This document shows, one piece after another, positions 19,707 through 30,738 of a stretch of DNA of 64,000 nt. The stretch covers positions 1 to 64,000 of the forward strand of contig JBFJCP010000020.1 in assembly GCA_041615815.1 (NCBI GenBank), in the 5' to 3' direction. This stretch comes from Gemmatimonadales bacterium (GTDB lineage Bacteria > Gemmatimonadota > Gemmatimonadetes > Gemmatimonadales > GWC2-71-9). A program made the position numbers and the translations under genes. The stretch's first letter is position 1. Every line of letters begins with the position of its first letter. The notes below the pieces were generated by a model. The model was given only the letters and a program-made list of their open reading frames with translations, searched no databases and was not told where the DNA came from.

Positions 19707-20240
19707 TCAGGCGGCCAGGGCCCCGCCGCAACCCGGGCAGAACCGAGCCTGACCGGGGAGGGTCGCCCCGCATTGCCAGCAGCGCGGGCGGGCGTCGGGA
19801 TTGGCGAGCGCCCGGCCACAGCTGGAGCAGAATACGGCCCCCGGCTCGGGCCGGGGACCGCACGCGGGGCACGCGGATCGCCCGGCGTGGCGCGCCCGCT
19901 GGATGGCTGCCTCGGCCGCGTCCTCGATCGACTCCCCCGGATCGGGCCCCGGGGCCTGATCCGACTCCGAGTGGATGGCGGCGACGGCGACGGCCGAGTA
20001 CTTGGCTCTGAGCGTTGCGTAGTCTTCGTCGGACAGCTTACCGGTGGCGCGGTCGAACTCGATCTCCCGCAAAGCCAGCAAGGCCCGCACTTTGGGAGAG
20101 TCGGACTCCTCGAGGGCGATGGGGAGGCTTTCGTCATCCACCGCGAACGGGGCTCCAGGTTCGTCCCGGCGAACCAGTGGTTCCAGCACCAACGCGATGG
20201 CGGCGAACGCGACCAGGGCCCCGGCGAGCACCTCGAGCAC
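19707..20240 (-). CDS. Membrane-anchored double zinc-ribbon protein, CcmI-like N-terminus
   Basis: TM; LREIEFDRATGKLS..DY; four CxxC; last gene of the ccm cluster. Confidence 0.7.
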   Translation of the reverse strand: MLEVLAGALVAFAAIALVLEPLVRRDEPGAPFAVDDESLPIALEESDSPKVRALLALREIEFDRATGKLSDEDYATLRAKYSAVAVAAIHSESDQAPGPDPGESIEDAAEAAIQRARHAGRSACPACGPRPEPGAVFCSSCGRALANPDARPRCWQCGATLPGQARFCPGCGGALAA

Positions 20241-20244
20241 GATC

Positions 20245-20838
20245 TCAGCTCTCGAGCTGCTCCAGCTCCCGCTGGATCAGCTCCGCTTCGTCTTGAGTCA
20301 AGCCGCTCTGCGCGCTGGCCTCGGGAGACGCCGGCACCTCGGCCGCACGGTGGATGCGCCGGGACAGGATCCAAGTCATCCCTGCCCCAACGGTGGTGAT
20401 CACAATGCCAGGCACCACGTACGCGGCGATGTTGAACCCTCGCCTGGGCGGCGCCATCAGCACGGATTCTCCATGCCGCGCCACAAACGCATTCAGGATC
20501 TCTTCCGCAGACCGATCGTCCTCCACGAGCGCGATGACCTCGCCATGCATGGCAGGCGACGTCTGACACGTGAAATCGGTGGTGCGACACGTATACACGC
20601 TCAGGTTACATCCGCAGGTGCACCGGATCTGCGATTCGAGGTTCACGATGAACGGATCGTTTTCGTAATCGGTGACGCGCGTGCGGGGAAGCCCCGCCAT
20701 GTCCGGTCGTGGCAAGCGGGCCGAAGCCTCGTCTTGCGGGGCTTGTTCCTGCTGAGAGGAGAGACGTCCAGGCACCAGCGCGGCCAGCGCGATGCCCAGC
20801 ATGTCGCGGCGGGAGACCAACATCGGATCGCGGCTCAT
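20245..20838 (-). CDS. ccmH: Cytochrome c biogenesis protein, CcmH-like
   Basis: IRCTCGC redox-type motif, FVARHGESVLMAPP, C-terminal TM; follows ccmF. Confidence 0.75.
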   Translation of the reverse strand: MSRDPMLVSRRDMLGIALAALVPGRLSSQQEQAPQDEASARLPRPDMAGLPRTRVTDYENDPFIVNLESQIRCTCGCNLSVYTCRTTDFTCQTSPAMHGEVIALVEDDRSAEEILNAFVARHGESVLMAPPRRGFNIAAYVVPGIVITTVGAGMTWILSRRIHRAAEVPASPEASAQSGLTQDEAELIQRELEQLES

Positions 20839-22892
20839 GCGGGCGTTCCCGCTCCCACCTGGTCGGGCTTTCCGACCAGTGTCGCCGCGTAACCCGGCAT
20901 GGCCCGGCGTAGCGAAGCCCGGGTGGGTCCGCCACCAGGCCACATGACCACGACCCCACCTGCGACGAGCACGACACCTCCGAACCACACCCACCACACC
21001 AGCGGGTTCAGCGTGAAGCGATAGACGGCCTCCTCGGTGCCCGCCACGGACCCGGCATAGACGACGTAGATGTCTTCCCGAAGTCCGCTGTGAATGCCCG
21101 CTTCGGTAGAGGGTTCGAAGCTGGCGCGACCAAACGAATCGATGTGCTGCCGCTTCTCGCTCTTGATCACGCCCACCCGACCGCCGCGATCGCTGGTGAC
21201 CTCCACGGTGGCCGCGGAGACGACACGGTTGAGGTCACGATACTGGGAAACCCCGAGATGCGTGAAGCTATACGTGTGCCCAAAGGGTGACCGTAGGCGG
21301 GTCGTCTCGCCCGGCTTCAGCGACGCCTCCATCTCGGTCTTGAACGCCATGCCGGCGAAGGCGACGAAGTAGATGACGATTCCGACATGGACGACGTACC
21401 CACCGTAGCGGCGCCGATTACGTCCCACGAGCCGGAAGAACGCCGTGAGGTACTGCTCGCGGTGTAACCGGTGTCGAGCGCCGATCCCCCGAACGAACTC
21501 CTGGGTAATGGTGGTGAGGACGAACGCGGCGAGCGAGATGGCCATGCCCGCGTAGAAATCCCCAAACCCGAGGGCCAGCAGGATCGCGCCGGTAGCGAGC
21601 CCAGCCGCCACCGGCATGGCGAACTGCCGCTGGAGGTTCCGGACACTCGCTTTGCGCCATGCAATGAGCGGACCCACCCCGGTCAATGCCAGGAGCGCCA
21701 ACCCAATGGGGATGTTCACCTGATTGAAGAATGGCGGTCCCACCGTCACCTGCGTGCCTCGGACCAATTCCGAAATGATGGGAAAGAGGGTGCCCCAAAG
21801 AATCGAGAACGCGATCCCCACGAGCAGGAGGTTGTTGAACAGGAAGCTCGCCTCCCGCGAGACCATGCTCTCGAGCTGCGCCTCCGCCTCCAGATCTGGG
21901 AGCCGGGTCCAGAGCAGGATGCCGACCCCCAACGCAATGACGATCAAGAACCCGCCAAAGTACGTGCCTACGGCGGATTGGGTAAACGAATGGACGCTGG
22001 AAATGATGCCGCTGCGGGTCAGGAACGTGCCGAAGATCGAGAGCAGGAAGCTCACGAGAACGAGCACGATATTCCACTTCTTGAGCATCCCGCGCTTCTC
22101 TTGGATCATGACGGAATGCAGAAACGCGGTCATCGTGAGCCACGGAAGGAAGCTGGCATTTTCCACCGGATCCCACGCCCAGTAGCCACCCCACCCCAAC
22201 TCCACGTAGGCCCACCACATCCCCAAGGTGATCCCAATCGAGAGAAACAGCCACGACACCACCGTCCACCGGCGGATCGCATGGAGCCAGCCGGTGTCCA
22301 AGCGCCGGGTGAACAAGGCGGCAACCGCGAAGGCAAAGGGGATGGAGATGCTGATGTATCCGAGGTACAGCATGGGGGGATGCACCACCATGCCGGGGTT
22401 TTGGAGCTGCGGATTGAGCCCTCGGCCGTCCATCGGGGTGAACGCCAGCCGCTCGAACGGGTTCGCCGCAAACAGGGTGACGACCACGAAGAACAAGACG
22501 ATAAAGGAAGTGGTGGCCGCCACATACGGCAAGAGATGGTTGTGGCGCCTGGGCGTGACCCATTGCGCCAGGGCGGCGAAGACGCTCAGGACCAACGCCC
22601 AGAACAGTAGGCTTCCCGCTTGTCCACCCCAGAACGCCGCGATGGTGTATACCATCGGGAGATTCCGACTCGTATAGCTCGCCACGTACTGCACGTTGAA
22701 GTCGTGCCGCACGAGGGCGGTAAGAAGCCCGATGGAAGAAACGATCAAGACAGCGCACAGCGCATACGTCGTGCGCTGGGCGCTGCGGATCAATGCAGGC
22801 CGGCGCGTTCGCCCGCCCAAGAACCCCACGACGGTGCCCCAGGTGGCGAGCAGCATCGCTACCCAGAGGGCCAACTCACCCAAGATGGTCAT
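20835..22892 (-). CDS. ccmF: Heme lyase CcmF
   Basis: WGGQAGSLLFW, HPP, WAYVELGWGGYWAWDPVEN, SVHSF. Confidence 0.97.
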   Translation of the reverse strand: MTILGELALWVAMLLATWGTVVGFLGGRTRRPALIRSAQRTTYALCAVLIVSSIGLLTALVRHDFNVQYVASYTSRNLPMVYTIAAFWGGQAGSLLFWALVLSVFAALAQWVTPRRHNHLLPYVAATTSFIVLFFVVVTLFAANPFERLAFTPMDGRGLNPQLQNPGMVVHPPMLYLGYISISIPFAFAVAALFTRRLDTGWLHAIRRWTVVSWLFLSIGITLGMWWAYVELGWGGYWAWDPVENASFLPWLTMTAFLHSVMIQEKRGMLKKWNIVLVLVSFLLSIFGTFLTRSGIISSVHSFTQSAVGTYFGGFLIVIALGVGILLWTRLPDLEAEAQLESMVSREASFLFNNLLLVGIAFSILWGTLFPIISELVRGTQVTVGPPFFNQVNIPIGLALLALTGVGPLIAWRKASVRNLQRQFAMPVAAGLATGAILLALGFGDFYAGMAISLAAFVLTTITQEFVRGIGARHRLHREQYLTAFFRLVGRNRRRYGGYVVHVGIVIYFVAFAGMAFKTEMEASLKPGETTRLRSPFGHTYSFTHLGVSQYRDLNRVVSAATVEVTSDRGGRVGVIKSEKRQHIDSFGRASFEPSTEAGIHSGLREDIYVVYAGSVAGTEEAVYRFTLNPLVWWVWFGGVVLVAGGVVVMWPGGGPTRASLRRAMPGYAATLVGKPDQVGAGTPA

Positions 22893-22904
22893 GTATCGTC
22901 GAGA

Positions 22905-23309
22905 CTAGGCTGAAGGGACGGCCTCGTACCGCGCTCCGCACTTGGCCAAGAGAGTGGTCGCCTGAAACGTACCATCGGGTCCCAGCCGACCTTCGACGAC
23001 GACATCGACGTCGTCCGTGAACGTGTCGGGCGCGAGCCCCCGATAGATCACCGGGTAGGTCTGCTGTCCGTCGGTGACCTGGAACATGATGGTCTGCGTC
23101 GCCACGTCGCGGCTAATACTGCCATGGACCACCCGGGCGCCCAGCTTCACGCCCACATCCCTGAGGGAGGGATCGGCCTCGACCTTCTCCGCAAGCTCCG
23201 TGGGTGTCAGGAAGTAGACGCCGGTGTCTTTGATGCCGGACGCCATGAGGTATCCCACCGTGACGACTACGAGGGATGCGCCGAGTATGAACTTGGTCCG
23301 TGCTCGCAT
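22905..23309 (-). CDS. ccmE: Heme chaperone CcmE, CxxxY variant
   Basis: N-terminal TM, YRGLAPDTF, VVVEG, LLAKCGARY. Confidence 0.9.
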   Translation of the reverse strand: MRARTKFILGASLVVVTVGYLMASGIKDTGVYFLTPTELAEKVEADPSLRDVGVKLGARVVHGSISRDVATQTIMFQVTDGQQTYPVIYRGLAPDTFTDDVDVVVEGRLGPDGTFQATTLLAKCGARYEAVPSA

Positions 23310-23413
23310 GTTAGGATCGCCGAAGCTTCAGGTAACGATAACTACCGGTGTATTGAGAATATAGCCTACGCCCGGGACCGAGAAAAGTTCATGAACGCGC
23401 CCAAAAGACTCCT

Positions 23414-24898
23414 TTAAGAACCCGCGCTGTCCGCCCAATGGAGGGCGGTTCGAACCGCCCGTCCCCAGCCGGCGTATCGCGTGTCGTCCGTGGAACCCGG
23501 GTCGAACCACACGTACTTCCGCGACGCCAGGAACGCGTCCGCGTTCTCCCACACGCCCGTGGCCAGCCCGGCGAGGCCGGCGGCACCCATGGCGGTGGTT
23601 TCCACCACATCTGGCCGGGCAACCCGCACGCCCAGCGTATCGGCTTGAAACTGCATCAGCCAATCGTTGGCCGCCGCGCCCCCGTCCACTTTGAGCTCGG
23701 CGAGTGACACACCGGATGCCCGAGCCATCGCATCGACCACGTCGCGAGTGCTGTAGGCCATCGCCTCGAGCGCAGCCCGCACCAGGTGCGCCCGCCCGGT
23801 CCCCCGGGTGAGCCCAACGATCGTCCCGCGGGCCTCCGATTCCCAATAGGGCGCGCCCAATCCCACGAACGCGGGCACGAAAAACACTCCACCCGTGTCC
23901 GCAACGCTCCGAGCCAGCGTTTCGGTTTCCCCTGCTTGCGAGATCAGTCCCAATCCATCCCGCAGCCACTGGATGGCCGCTCCCGCGATGAAGATCGACC
24001 CCTCCAGGGCGTAGCTCGGGGCCCCGTGCGCATCGCAGGCAACGGTCGTCAACACCCCACCCCCACCCTGGTCCGGTGGGACTTCGTCCCCCACGTGCAT
24101 TAGAAGGAATGCGCCGGTGCCATACGTGCACTTGGCCCGGCCCGGCACCCAACACCCCTGCCCGAACAACGCCGCCTGCTGGTCGCCGGCGATCCCGGCG
24201 ATGGGGACGGGACGACCGAGGATATCTGGATCGGTCTCACCGAGGACCTCGCTCGAGCGCCGAAGGGCGGGGAGGCTCGACTTGGGGACGCCGAACAGTC
24301 CCAACAGCTCCTCATCCCACTCCCGGTGCCGCACGTTGTACAGGAGTGTCCGCGACGCGTTGGTATGATCCGTCGCAAACACCTTGCCACCGGTCAATCG
24401 GTAGACCAGCCAGCTATCGATGGTGCCGAACACCGCATCGCCGGACGCTGCCTGGGCACCAAGCTCGGGCACGTGGTGGAGCAGCCATTCGATTTTCGTA
24501 CCCGAGAAGTACGGGTCCCACACGAGTCCCGTTCGAGAGGCGATAAATTCGTCGCCCAACTCGCGCTTCAGCTCTCGGCAACGGGCTGCCGTCCGACGGT
24601 CCTGCCAGACGAGCGCTCGGTGAAGTGGAGCCGCAGTCTGCCGATCCCAGACCACGACCGTTTCCCGCTGATTCGTAATGCCGATGGCCGTGGGCGTGGT
24701 GTGGGACTGTCGCACCGCGTCCCGTGCGGTTTCCAGGGTGACCTGCCAGATCTCCTCGGCGTCATGCTCAACGTGGCCCGGCTCCGGAAAGTGTTGGGTG
24801 AACTCGCGATACGACCGACCCGCCACTTGCCCTGCCTCGGAGATGACGAGGGCGGTGGTCCCGGTGGTGCCCTGATCGAGGGCGAGGATGGTCCGCAT
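23414..24898 (-). CDS. glpK: Glycerol kinase
   Basis: DQGTT, GITNQRET, GDQQAALFG, KCTYGTG, ALEGS. Confidence 0.97.
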   Translation of the reverse strand: MRTILALDQGTTGTTALVISEAGQVAGRSYREFTQHFPEPGHVEHDAEEIWQVTLETARDAVRQSHTTPTAIGITNQRETVVVWDRQTAAPLHRALVWQDRRTAARCRELKRELGDEFIASRTGLVWDPYFSGTKIEWLLHHVPELGAQAASGDAVFGTIDSWLVYRLTGGKVFATDHTNASRTLLYNVRHREWDEELLGLFGVPKSSLPALRRSSEVLGETDPDILGRPVPIAGIAGDQQAALFGQGCWVPGRAKCTYGTGAFLLMHVGDEVPPDQGGGGVLTTVACDAHGAPSYALEGSIFIAGAAIQWLRDGLGLISQAGETETLARSVADTGGVFFVPAFVGLGAPYWESEARGTIVGLTRGTGRAHLVRAALEAMAYSTRDVVDAMARASGVSLAELKVDGGAAANDWLMQFQADTLGVRVARPDVVETTAMGAAGLAGLATGVWENADAFLASRKYVWFDPGSTDDTRYAGWGRAVRTALHWADSAGS

Positions 24899-24921
24899 CC
24901 CCAAAAGTATAGCGCCGAACG

Positions 24922-25572
24922 TCACCTGAGGGCGGGCGGTACGGCGGCGGAGAGCCCCTTCCGACGTGCCAGGTGCCGCAGCCGGCCCTGCTCCTCACGC
25001 TCACGTTCGTCGAGCACTCGTCGCACTCCCATGATTTGCCGATCGAGGGAAGGCCCCACTCGCTGCTCGAGGACGTTCACCTTGCGCGTGGTGGCTGTGA
25101 GCGCCTCTCCCAAGCGGCGAATGAGGATCTCGCGAGTGGCGGCATCGAGGACGAGCTCCACCAGCTCCTCGAACCGGGTGGCCGCGTCGACGGCCGCCGG
25201 CCCCGTGCTGCCCGGCGGTGTCCCCCGAGCGCCCAGCGTCCGACGGAGCGGCGGACGAGCGACGATGTCCGCGACGGCGATGTCCCACACCTGCCTGGCG
25301 CGAATCTCGACCTCGATCTCCCGCGTGGGCCAGCCAATGGCCATGAGCCCGGCGTGCCCGTGGCGCGCCAATGCGCTCAGCAAGGCGTGGTAGGCTTCTG
25401 CGGCGCGTTCGGTGATCATGGCTCGGGTGTCCACGGCGCGACGTGCCAGCTCGAACAGTTCCGAGACCAGCGCCTCCCGTTTGCGCCGCAAGAGGTCGGT
25501 CCCCCGCGACACCTGTTCGAGCTGCCGCTGCGCGCGGAGCAGATTCAGCCTCGTGGCCGGGAGCCTAGGCAT
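24922..25572 (-). CDS. V/A-type ATP synthase subunit D
   Basis: PATRLNLL, G..LLRRKR, TTRKVNVLE, LDEREREE. Confidence 0.93.
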   Translation of the reverse strand: MPRLPATRLNLLRAQRQLEQVSRGTDLLRRKREALVSELFELARRAVDTRAMITERAAEAYHALLSALARHGHAGLMAIGWPTREIEVEIRARQVWDIAVADIVARPPLRRTLGARGTPPGSTGPAAVDAATRFEELVELVLDAATREILIRRLGEALTATTRKVNVLEQRVGPSLDRQIMGVRRVLDEREREEQGRLRHLARRKGLSAAVPPALR

Positions 25573-26977
25573 CGGTCTCCGTTGCTTCCGCCCGCCGCAT
25601 CGATCGCTCGTGGCGCGCGTCCCAGGTGGTATCGCGAACACGGAGCAGATCTTCCCGGGGAAGGGTCTCGAGCAGTCGCCAACCCGTCTCCACCGTCTCC
25701 TCGATCGTGCGCCGCCCAGGTCCTTGATGCACGAACTCCCGCTCGAAGCGGTCGGCGAACGCGAGGGCGCGTTGGTCCGGAGCACCAAGTCCGGCTTCGC
25801 CGACGATCGCCGCCATCAGCCGCGCCTCTCGACCGGTGGCGTACAGCGCATACAACTGATCCGCCCACTCCCGGTGTTCGGGGAGCGTGCGCGCTGAACC
25901 AATCCCGGCATTCATGAGACGTGAGAGCGATGGCAGCACATCGACGGGAGGGAATACACCCCGTCGATGAAGCTCACGACTCAGCACGAGCTGCCCCTCG
26001 GTGATGTATCCCGTCAGATCCGGAATGGGATGGGTGATGTCGTCATCGGGCATGGTGACGATGGGCAGCTGGGTGAGCGAGCCAATCCCGTCGACTAGCA
26101 CGCCGGCACGTTCGTACAGCGTGGCAAGATCGGTGTACATGTATCCCGGAAAGGCTCGCCGTCCGGGGACTTCTTCGCGCGCGGTGGCGATCTCGCGAAG
26201 CGCCTCGCAGTAGTTTGTCATGTCCGCAAGCACCACGAGCACGTGGAAACCTGCCTCGAACGCGAGGAACTCGGCCTGCGTCAGAGCCGTACGCGGGGCC
26301 AAGAGGCGCTCGATCGTCGGGTCCCGGGCTTCGTTCAGGTAGACGACGCTCCGTTCGAGGGCACCGCTCCGTTCGAACCGATCCAGAAAGGCCGTCGTTT
26401 CCCGCGTCGTGATGCCGATGGCGGCAAATACCAACGCGAACGGTTCGTCCCCGGGAGCGCGCGCGCCCTCCACGATTTGCGCCGCGAGCTCCAGACCGGG
26501 AAGCCCCGGACCAGAGAAGACCGGGAGCTTCTGACCGCGGACGAGCGTGTTGAGCCCGTCGATCACCGATACCCCGGTTTCCAGGAAGTCGGCGGGAGGC
26601 GCCCGGCGAGTGGGATTGAGTGGCGCTCCCCAAATCGGGCGGACGGCCTCCCCGACCGGTGGAGGAAGTCCGTCCAGCGGAAGGCCGACGCCGTTCATGA
26701 CTCGACCCATCAGCTCGCGGCCCACGACCGTCCAGGCCACATCCCCGGTGAGGGTGACTTCGACATCGGCTGGCGGCAGGCCCAGCGTCTCTTCGAGAAC
26801 CTGGATGACGGTCATCTCCTGCCCGGCGTCGATCACTTGGCCACGACGTTCCGGAAAGCCGGCCCCACGAATCCGAACCCACTCGCCGAGTGCCGCGCGG
26901 GAGGTGCGTGGGAGATACAGCAGCGGACCCGCCGCCGCGGCTGCTCCGCGGTACGTTCGTGCCACCGGCGCGGTCAT
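25565..26977 (-). CDS. V/A-type ATP synthase subunit B
   Basis: LVRGQKLPVFSG, DMTNYCEALRE, PGYMYTDLA, HPIPDLTGYITEGQ. Confidence 0.97.
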   Translation of the reverse strand: MTAPVARTYRGAAAAAGPLLYLPRTSRAALGEWVRIRGAGFPERRGQVIDAGQEMTVIQVLEETLGLPPADVEVTLTGDVAWTVVGRELMGRVMNGVGLPLDGLPPPVGEAVRPIWGAPLNPTRRAPPADFLETGVSVIDGLNTLVRGQKLPVFSGPGLPGLELAAQIVEGARAPGDEPFALVFAAIGITTRETTAFLDRFERSGALERSVVYLNEARDPTIERLLAPRTALTQAEFLAFEAGFHVLVVLADMTNYCEALREIATAREEVPGRRAFPGYMYTDLATLYERAGVLVDGIGSLTQLPIVTMPDDDITHPIPDLTGYITEGQLVLSRELHRRGVFPPVDVLPSLSRLMNAGIGSARTLPEHREWADQLYALYATGREARLMAAIVGEAGLGAPDQRALAFADRFEREFVHQGPGRRTIEETVETGWRLLETLPREDLLRVRDTTWDARHERSMRRAEATETDA

Positions 26978-28800
26978 GGGGGCGCCATCCTCGCGTCGAC
27001 CGAGCTTCCCGCATCTCGGCGCCCGTCCTCGGCCGGTGCGCGGGCACTCCGCGCGGTTCCCGCCACGGTCGCCGGAAGGCGACGAATCTCGGCCTCCACT
27101 CGTGCGGCCAACTCGTCGATCTCCTCCACGGAAGCGTGGCGCAGGGCCACCAGATGCTGTCGCAACGCGCCGACCGTTCGCTGCTCAAGTGCAACGCCGG
27201 CCGCGAGCGCGTCTTCAGCCGTTTGATAGAGTAGGTGAACGAGCGTGACGAGACGGTAGGTCTTGGCAGTCGACGACCAGGCATCGTTGGGGTCGTACGC
27301 GTTCTGACCGAGGATGACCTCGCGAACGACCTGCGCGATCTCCAAGAGCAGACGGTCCCGATCCTGGAGGCCCTCGTGGCCTACCAGCGCTGCGATGTCA
27401 CGAAGCTCGCGATCCCGACCGAGGAGTTCCAACATCTGGCGCCGGAGCACAGGCCACTCCGCAGCCACTTCGCGCGCAAACCAGTCCGCGGTCTCTCGTT
27501 CGTAGAGAGTGTAGCTCGTTTCCCAATCGACCGCCGGGAATTGCCGTTGATGCGCCAGACCCGCATCGAGCGCCCACAACGCGCCGGTGACCCGAAGCGA
27601 GGCTTGGGTCACCGGTTCCGAGAAATCACCCCCGGGTGGAGACACGGCGCTGATGATGCTGAGCGCCCCGGTGCGTTCCGGTTTGCCCGCCGCCGTGATG
27701 CGACCAGCCCGCTCGTACCACTTGGCCAGGCGGTTCCCGAGATACGTGGGATAGCCTTCCTCGCCCGGCATCTCCTGGAGACGCGCGCTCATCTCGCGCA
27801 AAGCTTCAGCCCAGCGCGAGAGTGAATCGGCCATCACCGCCACGCGCAACCCCATGTCCCGGTAGTACTCCGCCACGGTCACCCCGACGTAGACGGACGC
27901 TTCGCGCGCCGCCACCGGCATGTTCGACGTATTGACCACAAGCACGGTCCTGTCCATCACCGAGCGCCCGGTCTCAGGATCCACGAGTTCGGGAAACTCC
28001 TCGAGGACTTCAGCCATCTCATTCCCCCGCTCACCACAGCCGATGTACACCACGACATCGGCATCCGCATATTTGGCGAGGGATTGTTCGATCACGGTCT
28101 TGCCGGTTCCAAATCCGCCCGGGACCGCCACGGTTCCCCCTTCCGCCACGGGAAAGAGAAAGTCGAGGACCCGTTGCCCAGTGATGAGTGGTCGGTCGAG
28201 GGCGAGCCGCCGACCAACGGGGCGAGGCTGACGTACCGGCCACCGATGCGCCAGCGTGAGCGGCGTTCCATCGGCCAGCTGTCCCACGGGCTCGTCCACG
28301 GTGAAGGAGCCCGCGGCGATCTCGGCAATGTGACCACTCGTGCCAGGGGGAATGAGGATCCGGTGCGGCACGCCTGATTTCTCCTCGACGCGCCCGATGA
28401 CGTCTCCTTCCTGTACCGCGTCACCGTCGCCGATCTCGGGGCGAAAGGCCCACCGCTGGTGGGGATCGAGGGTGGGGGCCGTGGCGCCCGGGCCCATGAA
28501 ACTGCCCGTCGCGTCTGCCAGGCGCGCGAGCGGTCGGCCCACGCCGTCGATCACTGCCCCCAAGAGGCCGGGGCCGAGCTGGATGGTCAGCGCCTCGCCC
28601 GTCGCTTCCACCGGTTCGCCAAGCCGGAGCCCCGTGGTGTCTTCGTAGACCTGGATCGTGCCAGTGTCGCCGCGAATGCGAATAATCTCACCGAGGAGTC
28701 GGCGCGCTCCGACGCGCACCAACTCGTACAGGGATACGCCCACGAGCGGTCTCGACTCGACGAGCGCTCCAGTAATTCGCACGGTCCGGGGGTCGTTCAT
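26974..28800 (-). CDS. V/A-type ATP synthase subunit A
   Basis: [41 protein letters not shown]. Confidence 0.97.
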   Translation of the reverse strand: MNDPRTVRITGALVESRPLVGVSLYELVRVGARRLLGEIIRIRGDTGTIQVYEDTTGLRLGEPVEATGEALTIQLGPGLLGAVIDGVGRPLARLADATGSFMGPGATAPTLDPHQRWAFRPEIGDGDAVQEGDVIGRVEEKSGVPHRILIPPGTSGHIAEIAAGSFTVDEPVGQLADGTPLTLAHRWPVRQPRPVGRRLALDRPLITGQRVLDFLFPVAEGGTVAVPGGFGTGKTVIEQSLAKYADADVVVYIGCGERGNEMAEVLEEFPELVDPETGRSVMDRTVLVVNTSNMPVAAREASVYVGVTVAEYYRDMGLRVAVMADSLSRWAEALREMSARLQEMPGEEGYPTYLGNRLAKWYERAGRITAAGKPERTGALSIISAVSPPGGDFSEPVTQASLRVTGALWALDAGLAHQRQFPAVDWETSYTLYERETADWFAREVAAEWPVLRRQMLELLGRDRELRDIAALVGHEGLQDRDRLLLEIAQVVREVILGQNAYDPNDAWSSTAKTYRLVTLVHLLYQTAEDALAAGVALEQRTVGALRQHLVALRHASVEEIDELAARVEAEIRRLPATVAGTARSARAPAEDGRRDAGSSVDARMAPP

Positions 28801-29126
28801 CGGAGTCTCACACGATACCCGATAGCCCGCCGCAGCAGGTCCACGATGTATGCCTCCGCGCCTTCGCGACGAGGACGCCACGTGGGTCCCGGGAAGGGGA
28901 CAAGCATGGGGAGCGGTTGCTTGGCCAGCTGCCGATGGAGCGCCGGCGGCAATGCGTCATGGAGCCGTTCCTCGACGAGCACCACGCCGGTATCCGCCTG
29001 CCGCATCAACTCGTCGATACGGTTGGCGGCGTCGGCGGGGCGGTCGACGGCAATCGTCGGAAGACCCGCCAACGCAAATCCGGGAGCCACCTCAGGTCCA
29101 CAGATGATGCGAACGCCGTATCTCAT
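28797..29126 (-). CDS. V/A-type ATP synthase subunit F
   Basis: GFALAG, C-terminal RRAIG; operon position. Confidence 0.88.
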   Translation of the reverse strand: MRYGVRIICGPEVAPGFALAGLPTIAVDRPADAANRIDELMRQADTGVVLVEERLHDALPPALHRQLAKQPLPMLVPFPGPTWRPRREGAEAYIVDLLRRAIGYRVRLR

Positions 29127-30142
29127 GACAGGGTCACTAACTCGGAGACCATCGCGTCGGGCGGAGCGCCGAGGGCGACACCCCAGATGATCCGCGAAAG
29201 ATCGATCACTTCGGCGCGGAGGCGAAGCAGGAACGCCAAAAGCGGCGCGGCTCCCAAGGGTGCCACGCGTGCCACGCGCTCCAGCTCTCGGATCTCCGCC
29301 TGCAATACCGCCCCTTCGAGCGTGGCGAGATCAGTGGCATGCGCCAGCACGAGGTTCGCGTAGGGGGTCGCCTGCAAGGAGTGCGCGAGGTGGTGGGCAC
29401 AAGTACCGACGTCCGCCGCCCCTGCGGCACGCGAAAACGCATCCACAGCGATCAGCTCGCCTCCCTCCAGGAAACATCGCGCTACGTCCATATCTTCTGG
29501 TGCGCCAGCCAGGAGCAGCGCCGTATACGCGTTCTCCACGTCGATCACGCGACGCACGAAGGCGCGCAGCTCCCTCCCCCCGCGACGCGCCGCTCGGCTC
29601 GCCCGCAGGGCGTACGCCCGATCGAGCTGAAGTTGAAGCATGAAGAGGTCCGGACTCCGCTCCTCAGCCTCGGTGCGGATCGCGGCGCCGAATGGGTGGT
29701 TCCACGCAATCAGGAGGGTGGCCATGTCCCGGACGCTCGCCAGTCGCGCGAGCTCACCGAGCGCACGCTCGGGTAGTGAGGGCGTAGGTATCAAGCCTGT
29801 GAGTCGTTGCTCCCACGGGGTGACGTGGAGCGCGCCTCGTAGCATGGCGCGGAGACTGCGCCGATCCTCGTCGTCCAGAACGACACTCATCGCCCTCGCG
29901 CGGTCTCCCGCCCACCGCACAATCGTGCGTAGCTGGCGAGCGGCTCCGCGCCGGACCGCGAGCTCCAACGCGTTCGGCTGCAACGCCGTGACATCGACGT
30001 CCACGGGATACCAAGTGGACACCAGGCCCGTGCCCAGCGCCTCGAGATCCGCAGAGGTGGACAACTGCTCCAGGTGGGACCGTCCCAGGAGGTGTGTCCC
30101 CAGCCCTCGCGCCCGGACATTGACGTCGGACCACGTAATCAT
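29123..30142 (-). CDS. V/A-type ATP synthase subunit C (d)
   Basis: NVRARG, IDVEN, LR.EV.DL motifs; operon position. Confidence 0.85.
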   Translation of the reverse strand: MITWSDVNVRARGLGTHLLGRSHLEQLSTSADLEALGTGLVSTWYPVDVDVTALQPNALELAVRRGAARQLRTIVRWAGDRARAMSVVLDDEDRRSLRAMLRGALHVTPWEQRLTGLIPTPSLPERALGELARLASVRDMATLLIAWNHPFGAAIRTEAEERSPDLFMLQLQLDRAYALRASRAARRGGRELRAFVRRVIDVENAYTALLLAGAPEDMDVARCFLEGGELIAVDAFSRAAGAADVGTCAHHLAHSLQATPYANLVLAHATDLATLEGAVLQAEIRELERVARVAPLGAAPLLAFLLRLRAEVIDLSRIIWGVALGAPPDAMVSELVTLS

Positions 30143-30723
30143 GGGACGGGCGCCGCACGAGCGACGATGTCCAGCGCGATTCGCGGCCGCAGCCGCTCCA
30201 GGCGCGCCTCGAGCGTGTTGTCCACGGTCACCGAGCCATCTGTGGATTCGACGACCGGTCCAGTGAGAGCGGCTGCGTCTTCCACGACCGCGACGGATGG
30301 CCGTGAGGACGCCAAGCCGCGCACAATCTCGGCAATCACCGGCGGGCACCGCACCGTACATGCCCCATCTCCCACGTATGCCAAGGCGTCGTCGAGGTGC
30401 GTCGGTAGCACCGTGCGGTACCGGTCCTCCGATAAGGTCTCCGGCAGGCGCTCACGCGCGTTCGCAAACACACGATCCAGCAGGTGCTGGCGGGCCGCGA
30501 GAACCTCGCCGCGTGCGTGTCGCCGTGCCGCGGTGAGAACCGCCGAAGCCTCATCACGCCACTCTCGCTCGCGCGGTCCCAGGTACGCGGCCTGCTGGTC
30601 CGCGATGCGCGCGGCGGTGCGGGCACGGATCCGCCCCACTTCCGTCTTGGCCTCCGCCAGGAGCGCCGCCTGCTCGGCAGCGGCCTCATGCTCCAGCGCG
30701 GCCAGCAGCTGTTCGATGGCCAC
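30139..30723 (-). CDS. V/A-type ATP synthase subunit E
   Basis: N-terminal coiled coil; G..VES.DG..VDNTLEARL. Confidence 0.88.
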   Translation of the reverse strand: MAIEQLLAALEHEAAAEQAALLAEAKTEVGRIRARTAARIADQQAAYLGPREREWRDEASAVLTAARRHARGEVLAARQHLLDRVFANARERLPETLSEDRYRTVLPTHLDDALAYVGDGACTVRCPPVIAEIVRGLASSRPSVAVVEDAAALTGPVVESTDGSVTVDNTLEARLERLRPRIALDIVARAAPVP

Positions 30724-30738
30724 GGTCCCCCCCTTCGC

